NCBI GenBank assembly: GCA_038849525.1
Contig: JAWCMS010000001.1
Location: 142,584-206,583 of the forward strand
DNA length: 64,000 nucleotides
Reading direction: 5' to 3'
Source of the DNA: Candidatus Pacearchaeota archaeon
Lineage (GTDB): Archaea; Nanobdellota; Nanobdellia; Pacearchaeales; JAHJTO01
The notes beneath the pieces are model-generated. The model worked only from the letters and a program-made list of their open reading frames with translations, did not search any database and was not told the DNA's origin. Positions 1-8,669 of this stretch are shown here, one piece after another. The translations under genes were made by a program, and so were the position numbers. Position 1 is the stretch's first letter, and every line of letters begins with the position of its first letter.

Positions 1-53
1 TGTGTTATATGCTCTCTTGAGGCTGACCCATTTGACCGCTCTGGAACTCCCGC
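1..53 (-). tRNA. tRNA-Leu(CAA), 5' exon plus start of intron; truncated by window edge
   Basis: Minus strand reads GCGGGAG-TT-CCA-GAGCGGTCAAA-TGG-G-TCAGC-CT-CAA-G, then non-pairing sequence consistent with a 37/38 intron; anticodon at 17-19. Confidence 0.85.
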
Positions 54-69
54 AAGTCTTACTAAATTT

Positions 70-151
70 TGTGGAGTCCAAGCTCCCAAAGGGAACTCAG
101 TTAACACAAAACACCGAAGTGTTCTAAAGTTATGCTGAAACTTGGACTCCA
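70..151 (-). ncRNA. Unassigned structured small RNA (~80 nt)
   Basis: Perfect terminal stem (72-82 with 141-151), C(UUCG)G tetraloop on the minus strand, and a TATA-like TTAAATA about 22 nt upstream. Confidence 0.55.
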
Positions 152-262
152 ATTTTAAAAAATTTAAGTAATATTTAAGGTTTTGTATTAAATTTGTTTA
201 TTAGATAGATTTTATTTAAAAATAAGGAAAAACTTTAAAAATCTAAAGAATACAAAGATATT

Positions 263-374
<112 letters not shown>

Positions 375-392
375 GATTGATTTTCTATTGAT

Positions 393-659
393 ATGACAAA
401 AAATAAAGAAAAAATAATTGAAGAAATAAAAGATTTATTTAAAAAAGCAGAAAACAATCCAAAAGATTCACAGAAAATTATAAAAGAAGCAAGAAAAAAG
501 GCTATGAGAGTAAACTTAAAATTACCTCTAGAATTAAGAAGGAAATTTTGCCATTATTGTAATTCCTTGCTAAAAGGAAGGATAAGACTAAAGAAAGGCA
601 AAAAAGTAATTTTTTGTGAAAAATGTAAAAAATTCACTAGAATACCATATAAAAATTAA
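393..659 (+). CDS. rnp4: RNase P protein component 4 (Rpp21/Rpr2 family)
   Basis: RRKFCHYC...CEKC zinc ribbon, 'A..I..K.R..LP' type helix, RIPY C-terminus. Confidence 0.85.
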   Translation: MTKNKEKIIEEIKDLFKKAENNPKDSQKIIKEARKKAMRVNLKLPLELRRKFCHYCNSLLKGRIRLKKGKKVIFCEKCKKFTRIPYKN

Positions 660-666
660 ATATCTT

Positions 667-864
667 TCAGAATTTTTTAAATTTACTAACTAATTCTAAT
701 AAGTCGACATGTCCTAGAAAAACAGCTCTGCAACAATATCTTTTCAATCCTAAATCATCGAGAACTTTTTTTACTTCTTCGCCTGCTGCTGTTCTTTTTT
801 TAAATTCTTCCCATAAATGAGCAATTGGCTTACCGCATGTAAAACATCTTACTGGTATTATCAT
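667..864 (-). CDS. rpoN: RNA polymerase subunit Rpo10 (N)
   Basis: MIIPVRCFTCGK...RYCCR. Confidence 0.98.
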   Translation of the reverse strand: MIIPVRCFTCGKPIAHLWEEFKKRTAAGEEVKKVLDDLGLKRYCCRAVFLGHVDLLELVSKFKKF

Positions 865-940
865 TTTTTATTTATTAATATTAAATTTTTTAATCTATTA
901 AGGATTTATTAATGTTTTGATTAAATATTTTATAGTATAT

Positions 941-1396
941 TTATCTATATGATTTTTGTCTTGAAGCTCTTGCTCTCGAATCGTTAGGTTTATACATTTC
1001 TTTTCTTCTCGTATCCGCAACAAGTAATGAACGATCATAAGCAAGATATGCTGATTTTAACTCTTGAGATTTTGTAAATGCGACGAGTGATTTGGCTATA
1101 GCAAGCCTTGAAGCTTCTACTTGTGCTTCTGAACCCCCTCCTTTAACATTAACATTTATATCAAAAGCTAACTTTTGTTTTAATGTATCTTCTGCTATCC
1201 TTATCGGTTCAAGTAATGTAAGTTTTTGAAAATAAGGAAAAATTTCTATTGGTTTTTTATTTACCCTGACTATTCCTGTTCCAGCTTTTATTGTTGCTTT
1301 TGCTATAGCAGTTTTTCTTTTGCCTGAAACAGTAATAGCTATAGGTTTTGCTTCTTTTTCTTCCTTTATTTCTTTTTTTTCTTTTGTTTTTCTCAT
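941..1396 (-). CDS. rps9: 30S ribosomal protein uS9
   Basis: GKRKTAIA, VKGGG, ARASRQKSYR C-terminus. Confidence 0.97.
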   Translation of the reverse strand: MRKTKEKKEIKEEKEAKPIAITVSGKRKTAIAKATIKAGTGIVRVNKKPIEIFPYFQKLTLLEPIRIAEDTLKQKLAFDINVNVKGGGSEAQVEASRLAIAKSLVAFTKSQELKSAYLAYDRSLLVADTRRKEMYKPNDSRARASRQKSYR

Positions 1397-1436
1397 GAAA
1401 AATTCCTCTTTGATTTCTTCTTAATTTAAATTTTCA

Positions 1437-1838
1437 TTATAGTAATTCTTTTAGTATTTCCAGAGTAATGAAAGGAGGATTAGCTTTTGGAAATTTAATT
1501 ATCTTTTCACTTTTAGCATATTGTTCTGGTGATTCATTAAAGCATTTGATAAGCTTAAAAGCTTTTCTTCCCCTTGCAATATTCCATGGAAGCATACCCC
1601 TAATTGTCCTTTTAACAATTTTTTCAGGAATTTTTGAGATATAAGGTCCTTTCTGACTAAAGCCACCTCTTGCTAGCTTTTTTTGATATGCTTCAAGTAC
1701 TGCATGTTTTTTTCCCGTAATAACTGCTTTATTGCAATTTATTATAATTACCTTATTTCCAAGCAATGCCTGCTTCGCTGCAAAAGTTGAAAATCTTCCA
1801 AGAGCAGATCCTGCTGCATCAATTATTATTTCCTTCAT
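1437..1838 (-). CDS. rpl13: 50S ribosomal protein uL13
   Basis: IIDA...LGR, KRTIRGMLP; operon position. Confidence 0.96.
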   Translation of the reverse strand: MKEIIIDAAGSALGRFSTFAAKQALLGNKVIIINCNKAVITGKKHAVLEAYQKKLARGGFSQKGPYISKIPEKIVKRTIRGMLPWNIARGRKAFKLIKCFNESPEQYAKSEKIIKFPKANPPFITLEILKELL

Positions 1839-1839
1839 T

Positions 1840-2205
1840 TTAAATTAATAACATAATGCCTTCTCCTTTTTTATTTTCTTTTGCAAGTTCCTCTAAACTT
1901 ACAATTTTTGCAGTTTTCAGTTTTTGCCTTGCTTTTTCAGAAAATGAAAAAGCTGCTATTGTAATTGGCTTTGTTAATTCTCCTTCTGAAAGAACTTTTC
2001 CTGGAACTACTATTATTGAATTTGGTTTTGCAACTTTATCTATCTTGCTGATATTTACTTTAATTGATATCCTTTTAGGTTTTGCAAGATATTCAGAAAC
2101 TTTAAGCCAAAAAGGAGATTGTTTTCTAAGAAAATTAATTATTCTTATTTTTTGTGGATTTGATTTTCTCCTTATTTTTTCTTTTAATTTTGTTTGCGAT
2201 ATCAT
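1840..2205 (-). CDS. rpl18e: 50S ribosomal protein eL18
   Basis: VNISKI, VVPGKVL, AAFSFSEKA. Confidence 0.95.
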   Translation of the reverse strand: MISQTKLKEKIRRKSNPQKIRIINFLRKQSPFWLKVSEYLAKPKRISIKVNISKIDKVAKPNSIIVVPGKVLSEGELTKPITIAAFSFSEKARQKLKTAKIVSLEELAKENKKGEGIMLLI

Positions 2206-2245
2206 TATAAAAATTTCTTATAAGTTTCTATGAATTTTCAGTTTA

Positions 2246-2368
2246 TGCGGGGAAGAGGATTCGAACCTCTGTAGGCACTAAGCCATATGGTTTCAAAGAA
2301 CTTTGTTCTTTGTAATTCATATAAACATCTCCTTAGCCATACCCGTTTGGCCGCTCCGGCATCCCCGC
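2246..2368 (-). tRNA. tRNA-Leu(AAG) with 39-nt intron at 37/38 (intron 2292-2330)
   Basis: GCGGGGA/TCCCCGC acceptor, A73, long variable arm GGC-TTAGT-GCC, anticodon stem TATGG/CCATA, loop CT-AAG-G|A, T arm AGAGG-TTCGAAT-CCTCT. Confidence 0.88.
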
Positions 2369-2383
2369 ATTTTTTGGAAATAT

Positions 2384-3166
2384 TCAAAGTTTGTTAACAT
2401 CTTTATCTAATTCTTTAAGATTTTTTTTCAAGGCTTTAATAGATCCAATAAATATCTCTTTTGGGGTTATTTGCCCCCAGCTTTCTATTTCAAAGATAAA
2501 ATCTTTATCTGAGCCTTTTATTTTAATTTCATTTTTTCCTTTCGCTATGCATGCTTCAACACAAGCATTACATAAATCACAGTTTAAAATATTTTTTACT
2601 AAAATTTTTCCATTGCTTTCAAAAACGTTTTTTGGACACGACTTTATGCACTCTTTGCATAGGTTACAATCTTTTCCAATTTCTATATGCGGATATGCCC
2701 TAAACCAAACTAAGCCAGGAGAATATTTTGCATGTTCGATTCCTTTACCTAACCTTGCCTCTGCAGTCAGTTCAAGCTCTTGATTTTCTTGTAGCAAAAC
2801 AAGAGGAATATCAGGAAAAACAGGCTTTATTGTTTTACTTTTTAAATCGCCAGATTTTACCATACATGGACCTGTAATTTTTAATGTTAAAGTAGCTGTA
2901 CATTTCATGCAACCTTTGCCATTACAAGTACACTCTTCTGGTAAGGTAAAAGTTTTATCTGATTTTAAAGGAATAAGACCTATTCTTAAAGCAAGCATTT
3001 CATCATAAAGTACAGAATCATTTTTTGAAAATTCTATTGTATCAACTGCAAGTATTGGAACTTCTTCTGAAGACCTTCTGATAGCATTTGCATATGTACA
3101 ATTTATATCTTTAATTATAAAATTTAGTTCTTTATCATCACTTTTTAAAATTTCAATCATGCTCAT
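2384..3166 (-). CDS. rpoD: RNA polymerase subunit Rpo3 (D) with ferredoxin-like insert
   Basis: ANAIRR, LYDEMLALRIGLIPL, GIEHAKYSP; CxxCxxCxxxCP and CxxCxxCxxxC motifs. Confidence 0.97.
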   Translation of the reverse strand: MSMIEILKSDDKELNFIIKDINCTYANAIRRSSEEVPILAVDTIEFSKNDSVLYDEMLALRIGLIPLKSDKTFTLPEECTCNGKGCMKCTATLTLKITGPCMVKSGDLKSKTIKPVFPDIPLVLLQENQELELTAEARLGKGIEHAKYSPGLVWFRAYPHIEIGKDCNLCKECIKSCPKNVFESNGKILVKNILNCDLCNACVEACIAKGKNEIKIKGSDKDFIFEIESWGQITPKEIFIGSIKALKKNLKELDKDVNKL

Positions 3167-3546
3167 ACTCTTCTTCCTCGCTTACCACCTTTCGGCTTTG
3201 GTCCACCACGTGGTATAGGTGTAGTATCAAGTATATTTATTATTTTTAAACCTTCCTTTGCAAGGCTCTTTACTGCTGCATGCGCTCCTGGACCTGGAGC
3301 AGATGCTCCTGGTTTTGAAGAGATTCTTATATAAACAGAATCTATTCCAGCTTCTTTTGCAGCTTCTGCAATTCGTTTTGCACTAAACATTGCAATTGTA
3401 GGAGTAGCTTTTAACCTAGAGTGTTTTGTTATTTTCCCTCCAGAAACTTGCGCTATAGTTGTTCCAGCCATATCTGTTAAATGAAGGATAGTATTATTAA
3501 AAGTTGAATAAATATAAACTATTCCAGGAATTGATTTTTCAGGCAT
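3163..3546 (-). CDS. rps11: 30S ribosomal protein uS11
   Basis: STFNNTI, PGPGA, DTTPIP, GGKRGRRV. Confidence 0.97.
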   Translation of the reverse strand: MPEKSIPGIVYIYSTFNNTILHLTDMAGTTIAQVSGGKITKHSRLKATPTIAMFSAKRIAEAAKEAGIDSVYIRISSKPGASAPGPGAHAAVKSLAKEGLKIINILDTTPIPRGGPKPKGGKRGRRV

Positions 3547-4027
3547 TTTTTTCCTCCGTTTTTTTCTTGATTCTCTGTTCTTTTTTGGTAATTTGATTTT
3601 CTTCTTCTAAATCAACAAAATATGATGGAATATTAACTATTCTATCTTTAACTTTTATATGTTTATGGGTTATCAACTGCCTAGCTTCTTTTGGTGTTCT
3701 GGCGAGTTTTTTTTGGAAAACTATTGTTTGAAGTCTTCTTTCTAGAATCGCTTCTTTTGTTAATGCAAGAATATCATCTATTTGTGAATTTTTTTTCGCA
3801 ATTCCTTTATTTACAAGTCTCGCAATAAATTCCTGTTTTTTTTCTATTGGGGCAGTAATAAGTTTTCTCGCTTGATTTCTCAATCTGCTGAGATAATATT
3901 CTGCTTTCCAGATCTCTTTTTTATTTTTTAAGCCATATTTCTTTATTAATTGATTTTCTTCTTCTATTCTTGCTTTGTCAAATAACTTTTTTGGTTTTGA
4001 ATATTTTTTATGTTGTTTTCGAATCAT
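3539..4027 (-). CDS. rps4: 30S ribosomal protein uS4 (start moved to ATG 4027, overlapping the uS13 stop)
   Basis: YGLKNKKEIW, LERRLQTIV, ARQLITHKHI. Confidence 0.95.
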   Translation of the reverse strand: MIRKQHKKYSKPKKLFDKARIEEENQLIKKYGLKNKKEIWKAEYYLSRLRNQARKLITAPIEKKQEFIARLVNKGIAKKNSQIDDILALTKEAILERRLQTIVFQKKLARTPKEARQLITHKHIKVKDRIVNIPSYFVDLEEENQITKKEQRIKKKTEEKNA

Positions 4028-4566
4028 TTCTTCTCCTTTGATTGTGCGGCTGCTGTTCCTGGTTTTATTTTTGCTCTCATAACCCCCATTGTTGTACCTT
4101 TTCTGAAATGACTTTTTGTCCTCTGTCCACGCACAGGTTGTCCTAAGGCATGTCTCCATCCTTTATATGACTTTATTTTCTTCATTTTTCTTATATCAGA
4201 TTCTCTTGCAAAATCTAAATCAGTAGTAAGAAGATGCTTTGACTCACCTGTTTCTTCATCTTTTCTTCTATTAAGTAACCATTCTGGAATGCTTGGAGAA
4301 TGAATAAAATTTGTTATTTTCTCGATATCTTTATCGCTCAACTGTGCTATTTTCTTTTGTTTATCAATTTTCAAAGCATTGCAAATCGCATTTGACATCG
4401 CCCATGAAATTCCTTTTATTTTTGTTAAACCGTGATATACTGAAAAATTGCCAGGAATATCTGTAGAAAAAATCCTAACTAGAACTTCTGTTCTTTTTTT
4501 CTCATCTGGTTTTGTCTGAATTTTTGATAATTTTGCTTTATCCGTTATTTTTTCTTTTTCTATCAT
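4024..4566 (-). CDS. rps13: 30S ribosomal protein uS13
   Basis: LTKIKGI, YKGWRHALGQPVRGQRTKS. Confidence 0.97.
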   Translation of the reverse strand: MIEKEKITDKAKLSKIQTKPDEKKRTEVLVRIFSTDIPGNFSVYHGLTKIKGISWAMSNAICNALKIDKQKKIAQLSDKDIEKITNFIHSPSIPEWLLNRRKDEETGESKHLLTTDLDFARESDIRKMKKIKSYKGWRHALGQPVRGQRTKSHFRKGTTMGVMRAKIKPGTAAAQSKEKK

Positions 4567-4568
4567 TT

Positions 4569-5108
4569 TTATGCAACAAAAAGTTTGTATTTTACCGTCT
4601 CTGTAAGTTCTTCCAACAAGCGCTTTTCTATTGTTTTTTTAGGATCTGGAATTGCTTTTATTCGCTTTTTTATATCTTCAAATGAAGTAAACGGCTTTTT
4701 TTCTCTTTCTTTCAGAACAGCTTGCATATGTTTTTTGCCAAATCCCGGGAGTAATTCAAATTGATGTACTCTTGTATTAATTGGTTCTGCCTTATTAAAA
4801 AAGTCTACAAATCTTTGTTCCTGTTCAGATACTACCTTTTGGACAAAATCTTGTAGTTCAATTTTTGCAGTTTCTGTAAGCTTTTCTTTTGGCAGTCTGC
4901 CAAGAATGTATGAAATTTTATCCCTCTTGCCAGAGCCTATGTAAATTTCTTCTTTTAGCTGTAAAGTTACACCTCGTCTTGGAACAAGTTGTAAAAGAGT
5001 AAAGTGTTTGGTGCCTATAGCCTGGGCTATCGGAATCATTTTTCCTTCCAATGGATAACCATTTGGTAGGAAGTCTAATACAATCGCGGTTTCTTCTTTT
5101 TCTTCCAT
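4569..5108 (-). CDS. DUF655 family putative RNA-binding protein
   Basis: VLDFLPNG, QAIG...FTLL, HQFELLPGFGKK HhH; conserved position next to rpoF. Confidence 0.9.
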   Translation of the reverse strand: MEEKEETAIVLDFLPNGYPLEGKMIPIAQAIGTKHFTLLQLVPRRGVTLQLKEEIYIGSGKRDKISYILGRLPKEKLTETAKIELQDFVQKVVSEQEQRFVDFFNKAEPINTRVHQFELLPGFGKKHMQAVLKEREKKPFTSFEDIKKRIKAIPDPKKTIEKRLLEELTETVKYKLFVA

Positions 5109-5110
5109 TT

Positions 5111-5443
5111 TTATTTAATTTGTTTAATAACTCCGAGTATTGAATCAATTTCATCTTGTTCAAGTGAAATATCCTCACCAACAAAAATTTTCTTTAAGTC
5201 TTCTGCATCCTCTGGCATTAAATCTATTATTTTGGCTATTATTTTTGGATTTAGTTTTATTATATTAAGGTTCTGAAGGTTATTTTTTAATTTTTTTATT
5301 TGTTCTGGTTTAAGTTTTACAAAATTTTTCAAATAAGTTAAAGTCTCCTTTGCTTTTTGATTCTCTTCTATCTCATTTTTTCCAAGATTTTCAATTATTT
5401 CTTTTACTTCTCCTAACGTCTGAACTTCTGCCGATTTTATCAT
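5111..5443 (-). CDS. rpoF: RNA polymerase subunit Rpo4 (F)
   Basis: KIIDLMPEDAEDL HRDC-like motif; between eL21 and DUF655. Confidence 0.88.
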   Translation of the reverse strand: MIKSAEVQTLGEVKEIIENLGKNEIEENQKAKETLTYLKNFVKLKPEQIKKLKNNLQNLNIIKLNPKIIAKIIDLMPEDAEDLKKIFVGEDISLEQDEIDSILGVIKQIK

Positions 5444-5459
5444 TTTTATGTAGAAAAAA

Positions 5460-5714
5460 TTATGCTAAGAGCTTTTTTAAATGTATCTTTTGAACAATAA
5501 ATTTTTTGTCTTTCCTGCCATCATTAATACTAACAATAAGAGACTTTCCTTGTTTCCCTATAACTTTTCCAGTTTTTCCCTGAAAACGAATAGGAAAACC
5601 GCAACGATAACTAAGATCTTTTACTAAAGCGACTTTATCCCCTATATTAATTTCTGCAAAAACCCTGCTAAGACCAAGTTTACCTTTTTGCCTAATTTTT
5701 TTGTGGGATAACAT
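5460..5714 (-). CDS. rpl21e: 50S ribosomal protein eL21
   Basis: GDKV, RFQGKTGKV, IHLK. Confidence 0.93.
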   Translation of the reverse strand: MLSHKKIRQKGKLGLSRVFAEINIGDKVALVKDLSYRCGFPIRFQGKTGKVIGKQGKSLIVSINDGRKDKKFIVQKIHLKKLLA

Positions 5715-5715
5715 T

Positions 5716-6069
5716 TTATCTTTGATAGGTCAATTTATCATGTCGTTGCTCTTTTTTTATAAATTTTACAACAGCTGTATAGATTTTTTCGCAAACATCT
5801 GAGACTGCATTGTAAAGATTCCACTTCGTAACACTTGCTGTGAACCTTGTATTTTTATCTATAAAAACAACACCATTGATTTCATGCTTAAAACTTTTGC
5901 CTTTTTGATGTTGTTGTAAGGTTAATTTCAATTCTTCAAAGGAACATACTTCTGAAAGCTTTTTTATGTATGTCATAACTATTTTTTGAATTTTTTCTAG
6001 TTCTACAGGTTCAAGAACTTCAAAGCCTATTAAAGCAACATTTCCTTTAATCTTGATTTCTTTCTGCAT
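5716..6069 (-). CDS. HPF/RaiA-like (ribosome hibernation fold) protein
   Basis: Beta-alpha-beta-beta-beta-alpha pattern ending ASVTKWNLYNAVSDVCEKI, like the HPF C-terminal helix. Confidence 0.55.
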   Translation of the reverse strand: MQKEIKIKGNVALIGFEVLEPVELEKIQKIVMTYIKKLSEVCSFEELKLTLQQHQKGKSFKHEINGVVFIDKNTRFTASVTKWNLYNAVSDVCEKIYTAVVKFIKKEQRHDKLTYQR

Positions 6070-6119
6070 AGAGAATAGCAAACCAAAAGCTTTTAAAAAG
6101 TTTTTTATTAGATAAATAG

Positions 6120-6845
6120 ATGAGTATATTAAAAAATCTGCTAAAAGGATTTATTAAAATCTTTTTGGTTCTTACAATAATACTTTTCATTTTGGCATCG
6201 ACAGGAGCTCATTTTACAGAAAAGGAAAATTTAAAGTATTTAATTCAAGAAATAATGGTTGAACAAATCGATAAAAACTATCTTAAAACAATAACCGATG
6301 AATTAAATAATTTATGTTATCAACATGAAAATGAGGTAATTAATAGATACGTTTATGAAATTAATACAACAATAAATATAGACTGCACTAAAATTAGTGA
6401 GGAATACGCAAAAAAGATATTCAAAGATTATGTAGTTGATAAAGAAATTGAAAATCTATATGCTCAAAAATGTACTGGATTTAAGTGTTTTGCAAATTTT
6501 TCAGCTGCTGCAAGCCAATCAGCGCATAGTTTTCTTAGAAAATTAGAAGTTGTTTTTGCAATTTTAGCATTAATTTTTGTAGTTTTGTTATTTTTATTGA
6601 CAAAAAAGGTTTCTAATAAAATGTTTGCAATTGGAATTCCTTTATTTATCTGTGGGGTTCCTTATTTCTTTATTGAAACTATAAAGAAAAAAATTTTTTT
6701 AACTATCTCTAATGCTGTTATAATAAAAATAATTATAGATGCAATTTTTGATTATGCTAGCAATTTATTTTTGGTGATATTAATAATAAGCATTATTCTC
6801 ATTGCTATTGGATTTATTATAAAAATAATTTTTAAAAAAAGCTAA
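6120..6845 (+). CDS. Hypothetical membrane protein (about 4 TM, Cys-containing external loop)
   Basis: Hydrophobic segments at N- and C-termini. Confidence 0.7.
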   Translation: MSILKNLLKGFIKIFLVLTIILFILASTGAHFTEKENLKYLIQEIMVEQIDKNYLKTITDELNNLCYQHENEVINRYVYEINTTINIDCTKISEEYAKKIFKDYVVDKEIENLYAQKCTGFKCFANFSAAASQSAHSFLRKLEVVFAILALIFVVLLFLLTKKVSNKMFAIGIPLFICGVPYFFIETIKKKIFLTISNAVIIKIIIDAIFDYASNLFLVILIISIILIAIGFIIKIIFKKS

Positions 6846-7648
6846 AGAGAATCAAAAGGAGATTTAATTTTCTTTAACTCATCTGTTGAAACATGTGTAT
6901 ATATTTGGGTTGTATTAAGATTAGAATGACCAAGTAGTTCTTGGATGTAACGAATATCTGTTCCAGCTTCAAGAAGATGTGTAGCAAAGCTGTGTCTTAA
7001 AGTGTGAGGTGTAACTTTTTTTTGTATATTTGCTTTTTTTGTTGCTAATTTTACTATCTTTTGAATATTTCGCGTTGTTAAAGGTTTGTCTTTTGAAAAT
7101 AAGTATTGATAGTTTGGATGTTTATCTATGAATGCTTTTAGTTCTGGAATTATTTTCTCTGGTATAATAAAAATCCTATCCTTATTACCTTTTCCAGATT
7201 TTATTATTCCTGTTCGGTTTTCTAAATTCAAATCTAAAATTTTTAAATTTACCAATTCTGAAACTCTTAGACCAGTAGCATAAATAAAAGAAATTATTAA
7301 CTTCGACTTATTTGTATCTGCACTTTCTATTATTCTTTTAACTTCTTCTTTAGTTAATACCAAAGGTAGTTTTTTTTCCTTTTTTATTGGATGTATGTTA
7401 GCAAAAATTTCCTTTCCTAAAATTTTTTCATAATAAAATTTTAATGAAGCTAATGCAAGGGTGACAGTTGCTGTTGATTTTTTATCTAAAGATGCTATAA
7501 ACTGTTTTATATCATCTAAATTAACTAAATCTGCAGATTTTTTTATAAATTCAAGAAATTTTTTGTTGAAAAAAAGATAATTTTTTATTGTTTTTTCTGA
7601 TTTTCTTTGTAAACGCAATTCTGTTTCTAGTTTTTTTAGATCATCCAT
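6842..7648 (-). CDS. xerA: XerA-like tyrosine recombinase
   Basis: TGLRVSEL, GKGNKDR, HTLRHSFATHLLE, LGHSNLNTTQIYTH; SAM-like N-domain; no IntI I2 insertion. Confidence 0.9.
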   Translation of the reverse strand: MDDLKKLETELRLQRKSEKTIKNYLFFNKKFLEFIKKSADLVNLDDIKQFIASLDKKSTATVTLALASLKFYYEKILGKEIFANIHPIKKEKKLPLVLTKEEVKRIIESADTNKSKLIISFIYATGLRVSELVNLKILDLNLENRTGIIKSGKGNKDRIFIIPEKIIPELKAFIDKHPNYQYLFSKDKPLTTRNIQKIVKLATKKANIQKKVTPHTLRHSFATHLLEAGTDIRYIQELLGHSNLNTTQIYTHVSTDELKKIKSPFDSL

Positions 7649-7783
7649 CTTTTTAGAATAAGAATATTAAACGAACTTGTTTTATAAATATTGCTATATT
7701 TTATATCTTATTCAATTAAAGCTCTGTTACTTAGTAAAATATTAAATGTCAATTATTAGTTGTAAGATCCACACTATTCAAAA

Positions 7784-8491
7784 TTATTTTTTCTTTTTTT
7801 GAATTTCTGTTTCTAAATAAACTTGACCAAATAAAGAAAATGATATTACTCCAATAATAAAAGAGTATATTGCTGAGCCTACATAAGGAATCAAGCCCAG
7901 GATTATACTAAATAATATACCAATAAAGGCCATTAAGATCCAAGCAACAAAATATTTTCCAGTAAATGCTTTTTTAAATATTCTTTTAAACTTAAAAGCT
8001 CCTGAAAAATTATTTTCTTGTAAATAAGAAAGAACAGCTATTGGTATGACATAAATTGCAACTAAAAATAACAAAGTTGAAAAAATAATAAAAGGAATAG
8101 CGTTGATTAATAATGGCCTTAAATTATCTATTATGGGTGAGATCAGAGCCATCTTAGCTTCGTCTGTAGCAGCATTAGAGATATCTTCTAAAGACAGTAA
8201 TGTTAATAATTGAACCATTAATGAACCTACTCCCACTATAAAAATAATTATTGCAGGTAAAAAATAAATTATAGAAATGAGAAAATTAAAAAAACCTTTT
8301 ATAAAAAGATTACCAAAGTTTTTCCATTCTGGCATTTTTTTACTCGGCTTTGTTTTTCCTACGCCAGAACATTCTAATATAAAGCCTACAGCAAACCAGT
8401 TTATTATAGGGAGTATAGAAAAGAGTATTCCAATTATTAACTTTTTGATATCTGTAAAAGGCTTTTCAAATGCGCTTGTATAATCTACCAT
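7784..8491 (-). CDS. DUF4013-like membrane protein
   Basis: AFEKPF, MPEW...LFIKG...IIYFLP pattern, multiple TM helices. Confidence 0.75.
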   Translation of the reverse strand: MVDYTSAFEKPFTDIKKLIIGILFSILPIINWFAVGFILECSGVGKTKPSKKMPEWKNFGNLFIKGFFNFLISIIYFLPAIIIFIVGVGSLMVQLLTLLSLEDISNAATDEAKMALISPIIDNLRPLLINAIPFIIFSTLLFLVAIYVIPIAVLSYLQENNFSGAFKFKRIFKKAFTGKYFVAWILMAFIGILFSIILGLIPYVGSAIYSFIIGVISFSLFGQVYLETEIQKKKK

Positions 8492-8669
8492 CTTTTTAAA
8501 AAAAGAAAATAGGGTTAATAAAACTTTTGTAAATAATTTTCAGAAAAAACGAGAGCATAGATGTTAGATTGCTTAGGAAAAATTGGCGTTAGCCAAGTCG
8601 AAAAGATTAAAAATAAGCAAGACACTCTATTATAGAGGTGATTCGCCTCAGACGATTTCTGAGATCAAA

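Noticed and set aside
70..151. Hammerhead ribozyme, SRP RNA, C/D sRNA or simple terminator
   Set aside because: No CUGANGA/GAAA core, no SRP helix 8 motif, no C box; it lies upstream of divergently transcribed genes, not downstream of one
2246..2368. Alternative splice giving tRNA-Ser(TGA)
   Set aside because: The intron end could supply TGA-AA, but the acceptor stem, A73 and variable arm are Leu-type and the 37/38 BHB register fits
1856..2783. Antisense ORFs in the track (e.g. 1856-2233, 2391-2783, also 17223-17609, 27140-27601, 29630-30100 and similar)
   Set aside because: Shadow frames opposite well-supported genes, with no motifs
6842..7648. Integron integrase with cassette array
   Set aside because: No IntI-specific insertion before box II, and no repeated attC-like sites recognised between downstream genes
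7660..7680. Recurrent intergenic CGAA/TTCG motif as a new regulon (also near 14309, 17970, 36571, 63073)
   Set aside because: Most copies sit directly upstream of TATA-like boxes and are explained as BRE elements
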